The notes under the pieces: model-generated
Database searches by the model: none
What the model saw: the letters and a program-made list of their open reading frames with translations, nothing else
What the model was told of the DNA's origin: nothing
Part shown: positions 49,501 to 61,500 of the stretch, piece by piece
How the letters are laid out: each line of letters starts with the position of its first letter
Position numbering within the stretch: position 1 is the stretch's first letter
Source: Lytechinus pictus
Taxonomy: Eukaryota
Direction: 5' to 3'
DNA: 64,000 nucleotides
NCBI RefSeq assembly: GCF_037042905.1
Contig: NC_087250.1
Location: forward strand, 14,758,001-14,822,000
Made by a program: the position numbers and the translations under genes

Positions 49501-52500
49501 TGCTACTACCGATCAAGATGTCCTTACTCCAGGCTAAGTTCTTCAAAGTGAAAAATAAGAGGTAAATCTAAAAATGATAAAGAATTGGCTTTTGTTCTTG
49601 ACTTTGTCTTGATTTCAGAAGAGGCAGACTATCAATTCATATTTCATTTCATTTTTCATTTCATTTATTTCCATTTTCAATTAAAAACAAACAATCATCA
49701 AATCACAAACAAGAAATATATACATATATATATCACATACAGAAAAACACCTATAAAAATGGAAATGGAAAGAAAGTGAGAGAAGGCTTTTTTACATACA
49801 TATAAAAAATACATAACAAATTGCAATATGGTGGAAACACCAAAAGCCACGGAAGCTTATCGAGGGTATTCCCATACGATTAAAAAAACATATTAAACAT
49901 ATTTTCATGAAGAGATGTCAAAGCCAAGATAGAAAGAGAAAGAGTGAGAAGGAGAAAAGACTGTAAAGGAAATGAAAATGAGATTGCATAGTAAACAGGA
50001 GAGATTGACACCCTGTAGCATGTTTCTACAAAAATCTATTATCATTTTGCAGTATATATGCAAGCTGGATGAACACGCTGTCATTCCTCAGTTTCACTTA
50101 AAATTTGTAACTTCATCCAACTTTCAAAAGTAATACTAGTAGTTTGGCTATTACTTTAACCAACAATAATTATTTGCTTTATACTCTCTAACATGAATAA
50201 TATGACTTTACTGTGATAACTTTAAATTTAGGCATTTTAGAAAATACGTTTTGCAATCTCTTTGGTATTAAATAAGCCAGTTCGTAGTTCCATTCTGCGC
50301 ATGATCAGAAGATTCTGCGCATGATCAGAGAAAGTTCATTTGTACTTAAGTGGCATGGTGGTTTAAAATTTAATGAGATAAGCACCAACTTTGGTGTCTT
50401 GATTATTCATATATTCTTTTCAATTGTGTTTTTCATTTGCATCCACAAAGATTTCACTGCAGTTTGCCAAGTACGTTGTACAACATGCTATAATATGCAT
50501 TCAAAGTAGAAATGCAACAAATACCTTCATTGAGTCTTCAATGGTGTGCTATTCTAGTCACCTGGTATAATTCAATTTCTTCATCCTGCTATGTAAGGCA
50601 TGCATATGTTATATCCTGCTTTGAAATCTGCCTATCATAATGAAATAAATGAAAGGTCATTTGACCAAAATTGTCCCTGATGTAACTACAAACTGGTCTA
50701 TTTAAAGCTACAGAAGAATTAACTTTTGGTTCAAAATCTAATATAATAATAATAACAATAGCCAATTTTTATATAGCGCTTTTCCCAGAATGGCTCAAAG
50801 CGCTTTACAGCATATTATTACCCCCGTCATTGGATTCATTTCAATCCCGCACGAAAAGTGCACAATTTCCACTCCCTGGGGAGCATTCATCGCAGCCTCA
50901 TTATGGCGCTGGCAAATTCAAACATACAATATCTTTCGCATCCTACCGGGTACCCATTTAGCACCTGGGTCATGACTTATATGACTCATAAAAGAACCCA
51001 CCTTATGTGTTGGAGCATAGGCATACAGGTAAGCCATTCTGTACGCTGCCTTGTAATGCTGAGGAAATCGCTGAAGACACAACCTCATGGCTCCAAGACA
51101 AGCATCAATCAATTGAAGATGCCTCTTCTTGGTCTTTTCATCAACCACGATCTCTCCTTCTCCCTTTCCTTGAGTATCCCCTTCCTTCTGTCCTTGAGAC
51201 TGTACCATCTTTCCTTGAGTGTCTCTTGCTGTTTGTTGAGTTTCTTCTGTCTTTCCTTGAGTCCCCTCTTCTTGCTTTCGTTGAGTCTCTCCTGCCTTTT
51301 CTTGAGTCTCTCCTGTCTTTTCTTGAGTCTCTACTGTCTTTCCTTTAGTCTCTCCTGTATTTTCTTGAGAATCTCCTTCCATCTTTTCTTGAGTTTCTCC
51401 TGTATTTTCTTGAGAATCTCCTTCCATCTTTCCTTGAGTCTCTAATTGAGTCGTTCCATGAGGCTCTTCTTCCATCTTTTCTTGAATTTCTCCTGTATTT
51501 TCTTGAGAATCTCCTTCTTTCTTTCCTTGAGTCTCTCTTTCCGTCTTTCCTTCATGTTCTCTTTCCGTCTTAAATTGAGTATCTTCTCTCTTTCCAGGAG
51601 TCTCATTTGTCTTTCTTTGAGTTTCTCTTGTCTTTTCTTGAGTTTCTCCTGTCTTTTCTTGAGTCTCTCCTTCTTTCTTTCCTTGAATTTCTTCTGTCTT
51701 TTCTTGAATTTCCCCTTCTGGCCTTACTCGAGTCTCTCCCAGGGTCCTTTCACTGGTTTCCTCTTTGGTGACAGCATTATCTTCTGCTTTTTCCTTATCC
51801 TTTTCCTCCGAGGTTGCTCTTACATTGCTTCCAGGAGACTCTGTGGCAGGGATCTCTTTGCCTTGGACCCTGTCATCCATTTCTTGAATACTGGTGTCCA
51901 TTGCTTCGTCAGCCTTTTCCTGTGGATTCATTTCACTCACTTCAGTCTTTATCTCCTTGTCTAGATCTTCATATCTTTGGCCTTTGCCATCTTCTGCCGA
52001 ATTCTCCTGATCCATCTCCTCAGGATCACGTCCCTTTGCCTTACCACCTAGACTTGATTGAAGAGGAAGGACATTCTCACTGTCTCCTCCTTCCTGTGAA
52101 AGGCCATCATCTACCTTGGGACTTGCTTGACCTTTTCTCTCTACTTCACTTTCACCCAATTTCTGTTCCAAAACTTTTTTCTCGTCACTGCTTTCACTTT
52201 GGACATCGCTAATTCTTGGTGCATCATACACTGCAACATTGTCTTTTGCTCCAACATCTGTGCAGTCCGCTTCCTCTGTCTCTGCAACTCCTATAGGCTC
52301 TGCCCCTTTCTCAGGACAAGGTAGGTCTGAAAGGTCTTCTCTTTCAATACCTTGGGAACCTAGCTCTGCAGTCTCCCCTTCCTTCTCATCAACAGCAAGG
52401 ATCATTGGCTCGTTTTCATTATCATTCAACCCTTGCTCTTCCTGATGCTCCTTTCCTTTGTGTTCCATCTGGGATACATGTGCTTCAGTCTCCATCTCCT

Positions 52501-55500
52501 CAGAAGCTACTGCAGTCCCTCCTGGGAGAAGTTTATTCGCATCACCGCTCAGTTTTTGCCCCTCTTGCTGTGGAATCAATCCTTCTGCTTCCTTGTCTTT
52601 GCTATTTCCTACTTCAATAACTTCCATTTCGTCAGATTCACAAACGCTCTCTTTGTCGACCTCCCCATCTCCTTTCCCAGATCCTATCCTATCCCTTGAC
52701 AGCAATGTTTTCTTTTCCTCATCAACCACACTGTCCTCCAAAGTCCTCTCAAGTGCTTCTTCTGCTTCCTCCTGATGTCCTCTACGTTGTTCCATAGATT
52801 CTTCAGCTTCAATCTTTTGGACAGCTCCTGGCTCATCCACCTCCATACGAACTTCAGCTGGTCCATCAGTCTTTTCCTTCTCACCTTTGCTTGTTTCTTC
52901 TTCTGTGGAAGTAGGAGCAGGTTCCTCTGCATCTGCTGCACCTAGACCAACAGCTTGTCCTGCAGTATTAGGATTAACATCATCTGGGAAACTAACAGCC
53001 ATAGATGACTCCAGTTCAGTCCTCTGCTCATCAAGTTTCTCGGTCAGGTCCTGCCTTCCATCAGTCAAAGTGGAAGGATCACTGTCAAGATCTTCACCCT
53101 GTCCAGCTGCAGGTTGCCCTTCTGGACTTGACTTTGAGATGACTATGTCAGGGACCTCTTGCTTGGTGTCTGTAGGTGCAGTCGCAGTGATGTCCTCAGG
53201 GGTTGTTCTACTTTCAGGTTGATCTGTGGAAGGGTCATGAAAGAGGCAACATGATAATGATGAAAGAGGAACAACATGTCGACGCCTTTAAAGGAACTTT
53301 CAACCACGATCATAACTGTGTCCCTTGAATTATAATATCTCTCCATACACAACAACCTGCTGATGCCTAGGTGCACCATGGGTGTATCATCGTCAAATGC
53401 AAAATGAATATTATCTGACCTCACACTTTAGTGTACAGTGTTCCTGGTATTTACTTGGGGACATAATCGTGTCTTGATAAACATATTGTTGTGTATATCT
53501 GTAGAATGCTGCTAGTTTTGCTTTCATCACAGTGCAGTATTTAAAAGAACATAACCACGGTAGCTGCAAGAGTTTTAATCAATTCTAAAGCACTGTTATG
53601 TGCGTCTACTATCTTATGTATTTATGCATTTTCTCCGGCCTTTCGACAAGAGGGCTCTTGAATTGTCAGTGCACGGAGCAGTGGGAGGACACTGGAGCCC
53701 CAATAGGCAGAGGTGGCAATTGTAAAAAAAAAAGCTAGAAATGTATTCAAAGAGATCTGTTTGTGACAAAAGCAATGAAAAGTCCTGGATGGAATGTTCG
53801 CTCAAGAAGTCTACACTATCGTAATCATTTACATAATTCTGAATCACATGGAAAGGCTTTAATCAAGCAACCTACAATACCTACCTTGTACGGGCTGGTT
53901 AGCAGGAGAATCTCCCCTGGTCGTTTCCTCTTCCGCTCCAGGTTTCCCTTCTCCTATCCCAACAACAGAGGGTGTACTATCGGGCGTCGTTGGGACCGCC
54001 TGGGACTCTGCCACAGACAGGGCACGACGGGCAGGGACGGGGCGTAGCGTGATGGCGCTACGTTGGGCATGGAGGAAGGACGACATGCTCTCGTCACCTG
54101 AGAAGATGTCACTCTCAGAAGCGGTATCTATAAGGGAGTAACAAAAATTCATCATGGGCATTTGCAAAAAAATAAAAGTGTGACCCCCAATTTCTCTCCA
54201 TTTTCATGTACTGATCAAGAAATGAAAATTTGAGAGTATTACAACTTCTATGAAAAAAAAAAAGAACAGCGAAACATCATTTTAGGATGGTCCCATACAA
54301 TGGAGTTGGATGCTTAATGGAATTGCCCTTGTAACAATATTGAGCTTTTATAGTGCTCAAGACGGACAATTTCTCCAAAGACTTTAGATATATGTATTTA
54401 CCCTAAAAAATTTACTAAATTAATGTCTAAAAAGAGGGGGAGGGGTGCAGATTCAGCCCTACCCCAGGCAGGATATTGCCCGTTTGGTCCTTAATTGTTC
54501 AGATTTTTATACTTTAGAATGTTCATATCAAATTCTATCAAAATCCTTTGAAAAAAATCAGATCGTAATGGATCATGCATTAGCTTAAATAAAGCAATAG
54601 GGGGGGGGGCAACAAACAAAATCCATGAAAAAACAAGAGAAATTGAGAAAAAAACTTCAATATTCTGAGAAGACAAAGAATACCTGTGGTCGGATCCTCT
54701 TGGCTGCTGACCCTAGATCTGCGGTATTTCTCATGAAGATAGTCATGATCCTGGGGCGTGGCAACATAGATGGGGCTGCCACGCCTCTTAGGGGCAAGGC
54801 TCGGGGGCGTGTCAGGCTTGGAAGGGCGTATCCTCGATTCCTGTTCAGTATCTGTTGATCTGAAGGGGGAAATGGCGAATAAGAAACAATAGAAAACCAG
54901 TAATATTCTGCGCAATCAGATTTTTAATTGAAATACTTCTGCACTGTAAAAAAACCCTGCCAGTCCTTTAGAAGTCCACCTGAAAATTTGTGTGTATAGC
55001 ATATGTATATAATTGTCATATACAGTACTGTAATGGTTTCATTGAAACTGGCCTACATGTATATACTACTTGTTAGTGTTGATCCCTTGTTAGATTTGAA
55101 TGTTTAGAGGTAAATTAGTTTATAGAAATTGTCAAATAAAATTGCTTGACTGATCCTTTTGTTTTAAGAAAGATTTTGCAGTAAAAATGCTCCTGAAACC
55201 AAAAGGATCAGTCAAGCTATTTGACAGTTTCTGTGAACTAATTTCCCCTTAAACCATTCTTATGATACAAAATCAACACTAACAAATTATATTTGGCCAG
55301 CTTTTAATGAAACTGTCACATTTTTTTGTTACAGTTATTACATGTACTATACTATACACAACACTCAGGTGGTCTTAAACTTTTGCAAATGATGGTAATT
55401 TCCAAGTCCTTGAGAAGTGACTCAAGATAAATATCAGTTGTGGCAACGATCTCAAAATGAGTTTGAACAGAATCCAATAAAATTACCACCCAAGAGTTTG

Positions 55501-58500
55501 TGTGTATCAATAAAAAAATATGTGCCAAATGGCTGTGGAAAAAAATGTAATTGCTGAAAAATTAGCAAAATAAGCACAGAATTCCATAATATGTCGGCTA
55601 TTTTTCCAAAAAATAATAATATACTATCCCACATGTGCCTTTTTGTGCATAGTGATCATTAGACTAATCCGTTTTTATCTAAGATTTCATGATTTCACAA
55701 AGATGAGTTGACTTCAATGTACCAGAACTAGATCTATGATAATATGGTGGTAATTAATCTTGATTTTAAAGACTTTCTAAAGAAATAATTGTTTGCTGCA
55801 ACTACTATCTTTTACCATTAATAGTACATGATTTGTGCTAATAATAATAATAATAATAATTAGGCATTTATATAGCGCCATCTATCTAGAAATATTTTAT
55901 TCCGAGGCGCGTTGTTATTATTATTACCCCGGCTTTAGCTCGAGCCGCCTTTCAGCGCTCATGCATTCAAGGAATTAATCCTGCCTGGTACCCATTCACC
56001 TCACCTGGGTCGAGTGCAGCACAACGTGGATAAATTTCTTGCTAAAGGAAATTACGACATAGCTGGGATTCGAACCCACGACCCTCTGTTTCAAAGTCAG
56101 AAGACTTATCCACTGGGCCACAATGCTCCACATATGCTATACAAGAACTACACATTATTAATATTATCAGAGTATCTTACGGTTCACTACTAGTCTCCCT
56201 CTTCTTCTCCTCTGCTCTCACAAAATGAAGCTGGGCTGCTTCTTGAACGAGGCCCTCTAGTGTCCCGTACTCGTCCAACTTGATCTTTGTACCTGGCAGC
56301 GAGCACTGGACAAGCTTCAAGATGGCCGAATGGATCCTGAAGTACATCTAATTGAATCAAATGAAATAGGAAATATATTTGGGATGGCTCAGAATGGGAG
56401 ACCAGAAATATTCAACAAGATAGATAATTTTGCACAAATCACAGATGAGTGCAATATTGTCCTGTCGAGTGGAAAATGAAAGAAAGATGCTTTATTCAAC
56501 AAGTTGAATAGAAAATCTCTTTCTTTCACTGAATGTGAAATGTCACACCATTTCAAAAATAAGAATATTCCCTATTCATGTTAGCAACGTAGCGAAAATA
56601 TGAACAATAATACATTTTTTCCTACGTTAATCTATGAAAATAAGAATCATTAAAGCGAAAAGCAAAATCCCTGAAACGCGCATCTGACCTGAAGCAGCAA
56701 TGCGCATTTAGCCAGTAAACCCTATGCACATTGCACCTGCATTTACTATGCGCAATGCATTGAATCCAAAATTTCATAGTGACATGACCTTGTTCCCGAC
56801 TGTGCAACGGTACATTATGGACAGTACATTTTGGACGGTACGTGTGCAATGGTACAAGTTTTTATTATTCATCCTCCCATTTGCTCGCGTACATGTATAA
56901 TGAGAAATGTCTTACCTCAAGAGCTTCTAACGAGAAATCTGTTGGGTTGTGGTAGGGTATCTTCTTTGGGTATCTTGCTTCATTCTCATGAAGATGATGA
57001 CTAGCCTGCATAGATTAGATCAATTCAATGCAATGCAATTCAATTCAATTCAATTCAATGCAATGCAATTCAATTCAATGCAATGCAATGCAATGCAATT
57101 CAATTCAATTCAATTCAATTCAATGCAATTCAACGCAATTCAATGTAATTCAACGCAATTCAATGCAATTCAATGCAATTCAATGCAATTCAATGCAATT
57201 CAATGCAATTCAATGCAATTCAATTCAATGCAATTCAATGCAATGCAATTCAATGCAATGCAATGCAATTCAATGCAATTCAATTCAATTCAAAGCAATG
57301 CAATGCAATTCAATGCAATTCAATTTATTTTAATTTAATTCAATTCAATGCAATTCAAAATAATTCAATTCAGGTTTATTGCAAAAAAATGATTGGCAGT
57401 CCCTGACTGAACTGTACATGTTTACACAATGCCAATATGTAAAATAATTAAAATCATTGAGATTAACAATAAATATACAAATAAAATAATATATGTGCAA
57501 TTAAAAATAGACTTAAAAGGGATAAAATGATAGATAGCTTAATATTGCACATTTTAGGCACACAAATTACAAACTCATTTACCATGGTATTTGTTTAATA
57601 ATCTTTTCAGACTTGGAAGAGCACTATTATCAAATCTTTTGTTTTTACATTTAATCTCCTTATATGAATTATCTATATGTCGTACATTAGATTAGATTGA
57701 TAGCATTTATTCCATTAATCATAAAAAAAAACAAGATACAAGTGAACATACATTACATAGAAAAATCGTAAAATAATGCAATATTGATAAAATCTGGAAA
57801 AAATTGAAAAAGAGTACATATGAATGAATGAGGAGGGAACTAGAAAGGCATAGCTTTAATAGTGCTACCACCTTTACAAAAACTGGAAACTGAAAATCTG
57901 ACATTGTGAAATGTATGATGTAATTAGATTCTGTATACCAGATTTAATCATTGGGCATACTTACATAAGGGGGGAAGTGCAAATTTTATATTCATTTCAT
58001 TTCCAGGAAGACAATAGGTAAGATTGATACAATGATAATGATTCATACAATATGAGAGATGTAATATCATAATAGTATGAGAGCACATGAAACAGAAAAT
58101 GAATTGAACTTCTTTGTCTTTGACATAATTACCTCATAAACTGGTCAAAGAAAAATATAGAAATGCAGTCGAAACATTAATGATAATGATGATGATAATA
58201 ATACTAATAATGATAATAGTTATATTATTATACAATTATTATACAGAAGGGGGGGGGGTGTTATTATGAACCAGTAAAAAAAGATAGGATAAAACACCAA
58301 AAAATCATTTTTGACTGGATGAATGAAATGAATTGATATCACTTTACCTTGAGATAATGTTGCAAGCTCTCTTCCATCAGAAGTCGCTTCTCGGCGACCT
58401 TGCCCAACATATAATGAACGAGCCATTCCTCGTCGCCTTCTCCCTCGCACATCGAGGCTTGCTTGAAGCAGTGTTCCGCTTCCTCCAGCATTTCCCCTTG

Positions 58501-61500
58501 TTTCACACTCAACAAGGCGACGTCTTCGTCGCTGACCTTCAGCTGGTCTTTCTGTAAACATTAAAGGTAAAAGAAAGTAGGTAAAGGAAATAATTACGTC
58601 ATGAGATAAACCTTCAAAATCAAGGTTAAATGCGACCATATTATCAAAGATCTAGTTCTGGTACATTAAAGGAAACCAAAACCCAAGAAGAGAAGTAATT
58701 TTATTGGAAAGAGTAAAATGAGAGGAACAATTAAAAAAAAGTTTCATCAAAATCGGTTATGAAATAAGCAAGTTATGGGAGTTTGAAAACTCTTGTTGTC
58801 ATTTCTATGGGCATCCTCAAATTGGCAAACGTGCTTCAAATTGGCTGATTTTGTGGACAACTCTCCATTTGTTTTGTACGCAAATTTTCAGATTTTTCTC
58901 ATTATCTTTCAAATTGCATCTTGCCTCCTTCTGAGCACAACATATGTCATGGGAAAATATAATCCACACCATATATGTCAAGGTCAGGAGGAGACAATGT
59001 GAAATATGTAAAATAGAGGGGAAAATCTGAAAATATATGTATAAAACAAATGGAGAGTTGTCCACAAAATCAGCCATTTTGAAGCACGTTTGCCAATTTG
59101 AGGATCCACATAGTAAGTACAACAAGACTTTTTAATTGTCCATAACTTGCTTATTTCATAACCGATTTTGATGAAACTTTTTTTTAATTGTTCCTCTCAT
59201 TTTACTCTTTCCAATAAGATTGCTTCTCTTCTTGAGTTTTGGTTTCCTTTAATATAAATTTATCTTGGTAAAATCATGAAATCTTAGCTTAAAACCGCTC
59301 ATTCTGATGAGCAGTAACACAAAAAGGCATATGTGGGACAGTGTATTTATATTAATTGGAAAAATGCCCAACATAATGTATTGTGGAATTCCGTGCTTAT
59401 TTTGCTCATTTCTCAGCAAGGACGCTTTTTTTTTCCAGAGCCATTTGGCACATATTATTTATTTTTACATACAAACACTTGGGTGATGATTTAATTAGAT
59501 TCTGTTTGAACTCGTTTTGAGATCGTTTCTACAACTGATCATTAACAAACACACAAAATTATTGATAAGTCAAAATTAATTCCTTGGTTTGACCCACTGC
59601 AATATAATACTGTCATTACATGTATTTCATGTTTGATGTTTTTAACCAGTTGTACTGCTATGAATGTAAACCTGTAAATTGTATACAATTCAGCCTTTTG
59701 GCTGCAAAGTGCAATATCAATAGACCCTTTTCAATTCAAATCAAATCAATTCAAGGACTTTCAGTTGTTTATAAACAATAACACACAAATAGTAGATTAG
59801 TCAAAATTCTGGCAAACAAAAGGTGTTTTAGGGGCATAATTCCTTGGTTTCACAAATGAAAAGTATACAGTGATGCTCAAAAGTTAGTGAACCACGCCAG
59901 AAAATGAACATTATTATTTAAAGTGTTCAAGTTCTGCCATGTTTTAGATATTTAATTCAACTATTGTTAAGTCAGGTGATAAAATATTTCATTCAATAAA
60001 GTTTGTTATTTTGGGCTCGCCGAATATTGTAGTGTTGCTGCATGAAGGAGTGAATTTCTTGGTGCGGTTACCTAACTATTGAGCACAACTGTAATAGCAT
60101 ATGCATCTTTATAGGAACCAAACTCAATCCAGTACCACACCAAAAGAAATATTTCTAAATCGTACCTGTTTAATTTGTCTGGACGCGTGTGAATGAAGGA
60201 TATATGCGTAAGAACCGTATTCAATCCAGAGCGAATAGTTGGTAGCGTCAATCTCCAGTGCTCGCTTAAAACATCGCAACGCAGCGACGCCATGTTTGAA
60301 GATCGGTCCATCGCTCTTGGCATCTGTCTAGTATCAAAGAAGAAAAAGCAGACAAGAATAGTTCTTCATAAAATTATAAAAACCAAAAGGACATGAATCG
60401 TTAAGCATATTTGTGCTTAAAGGCTTGGTCCCACTGCACTTACGGATGCAGAGAGGATGTAAAACGGAAAAAAATATATTGCTATCATTTGGAAAACATT
60501 ATGTATCTGTTGTGTACTCTTTGCATACATGTTTCATACGCTCTAAATCCATCGAGCATCCGTCCACTGATTTCATTTTTTGCCCATTTTGTCCATTGTC
60601 TGGAGCGGATGAATACGGATGGAGCCACCCCGAAATTTTGCTTGTCTGCTGTATCCGTTATGAATACATTTTGTGTCCGTCGGCCAGTGGGACCAGGCCT
60701 TTACATAAAAACCTCACTCTAAAGTTGACATTTATGTACGGGGTACATACACAAGAACAGACAAAGCGTACCAACATAGACGTTGCTTAATTTTTTCCAA
60801 CAAGTGATTCTGAAAGCATACACAGTAGCTTCCATGTCCAATATCAAAATCGAGAGTGTGAAAACCATGATTACTCTCACATAGTCTAAATGTAAGATGT
60901 GTTGCACACGCGTCAACAGGTTTACCACATCACAAACCGACTTCTTCGGGCCATGTGCATCCAATGCGATTTTAAACATTTTCAAAGATGTGTCACTGAC
61001 TTATTTGCTGTAAGCCAATCAGATGCAAGGATTTCAGTAGCATATAAAATCAGTCTTTACAAATCACAGACAAAGATCTTCATGACACTTCCCTAGATGA
61101 ACACTTACCGAGTTATTGAGTTTGAGGTCAAGCCGCCCGACCCGAGCTAGAGCCATACCAGCCCAGCTATCTAACCGGTCTGGCGATACGCACAGGTCAT
61201 GTAGGTAGAACTTGATAGCTTTCCTGAAATGAAGAAAGAAGATTGCCATCAGAAATGAAATCATAGATTCGGTGGATTCAAAATACCGTGCGCCACCTAT
61301 CGGTTGTGGTGGACAGGCCCAAATTCGCAATGCCTCGTGGGGAAAAGGCGACATCTGCAGAGCGCACTAGTGCCTGTATGTGATTAAGCTGTGCTGGCTG
61401 AAGAGGCTTGGCATGGCCGGCTGATTATCAGGGTCCAGGAGGTGGGAGAGAAATTTGCCGCATATTTCTTTGGAAATTTAGACCTTTTTGGGTGAATTCT

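Noticed and set aside
50918..53068. Stand-alone 716-aa gene (likewise 43505-44902 and 27153-27992)
   Set aside because: These are large exons of CABIN1 and TYSND1; the ORF ends run into introns or start inside the exon.
54942..55345. Long inverted repeat as a structural RNA
   Set aside because: It has the degenerate palindromic layout of a MITE (CACTGTAAAAAA start) and no ncRNA motifs.
56060..56130. tRNA-Gln(TTG) gene (also at 20828-20885)
   Set aside because: The tRNA-like part runs into a SINE body and (ATT)n tail, with no good acceptor stem or Pol III terminator.
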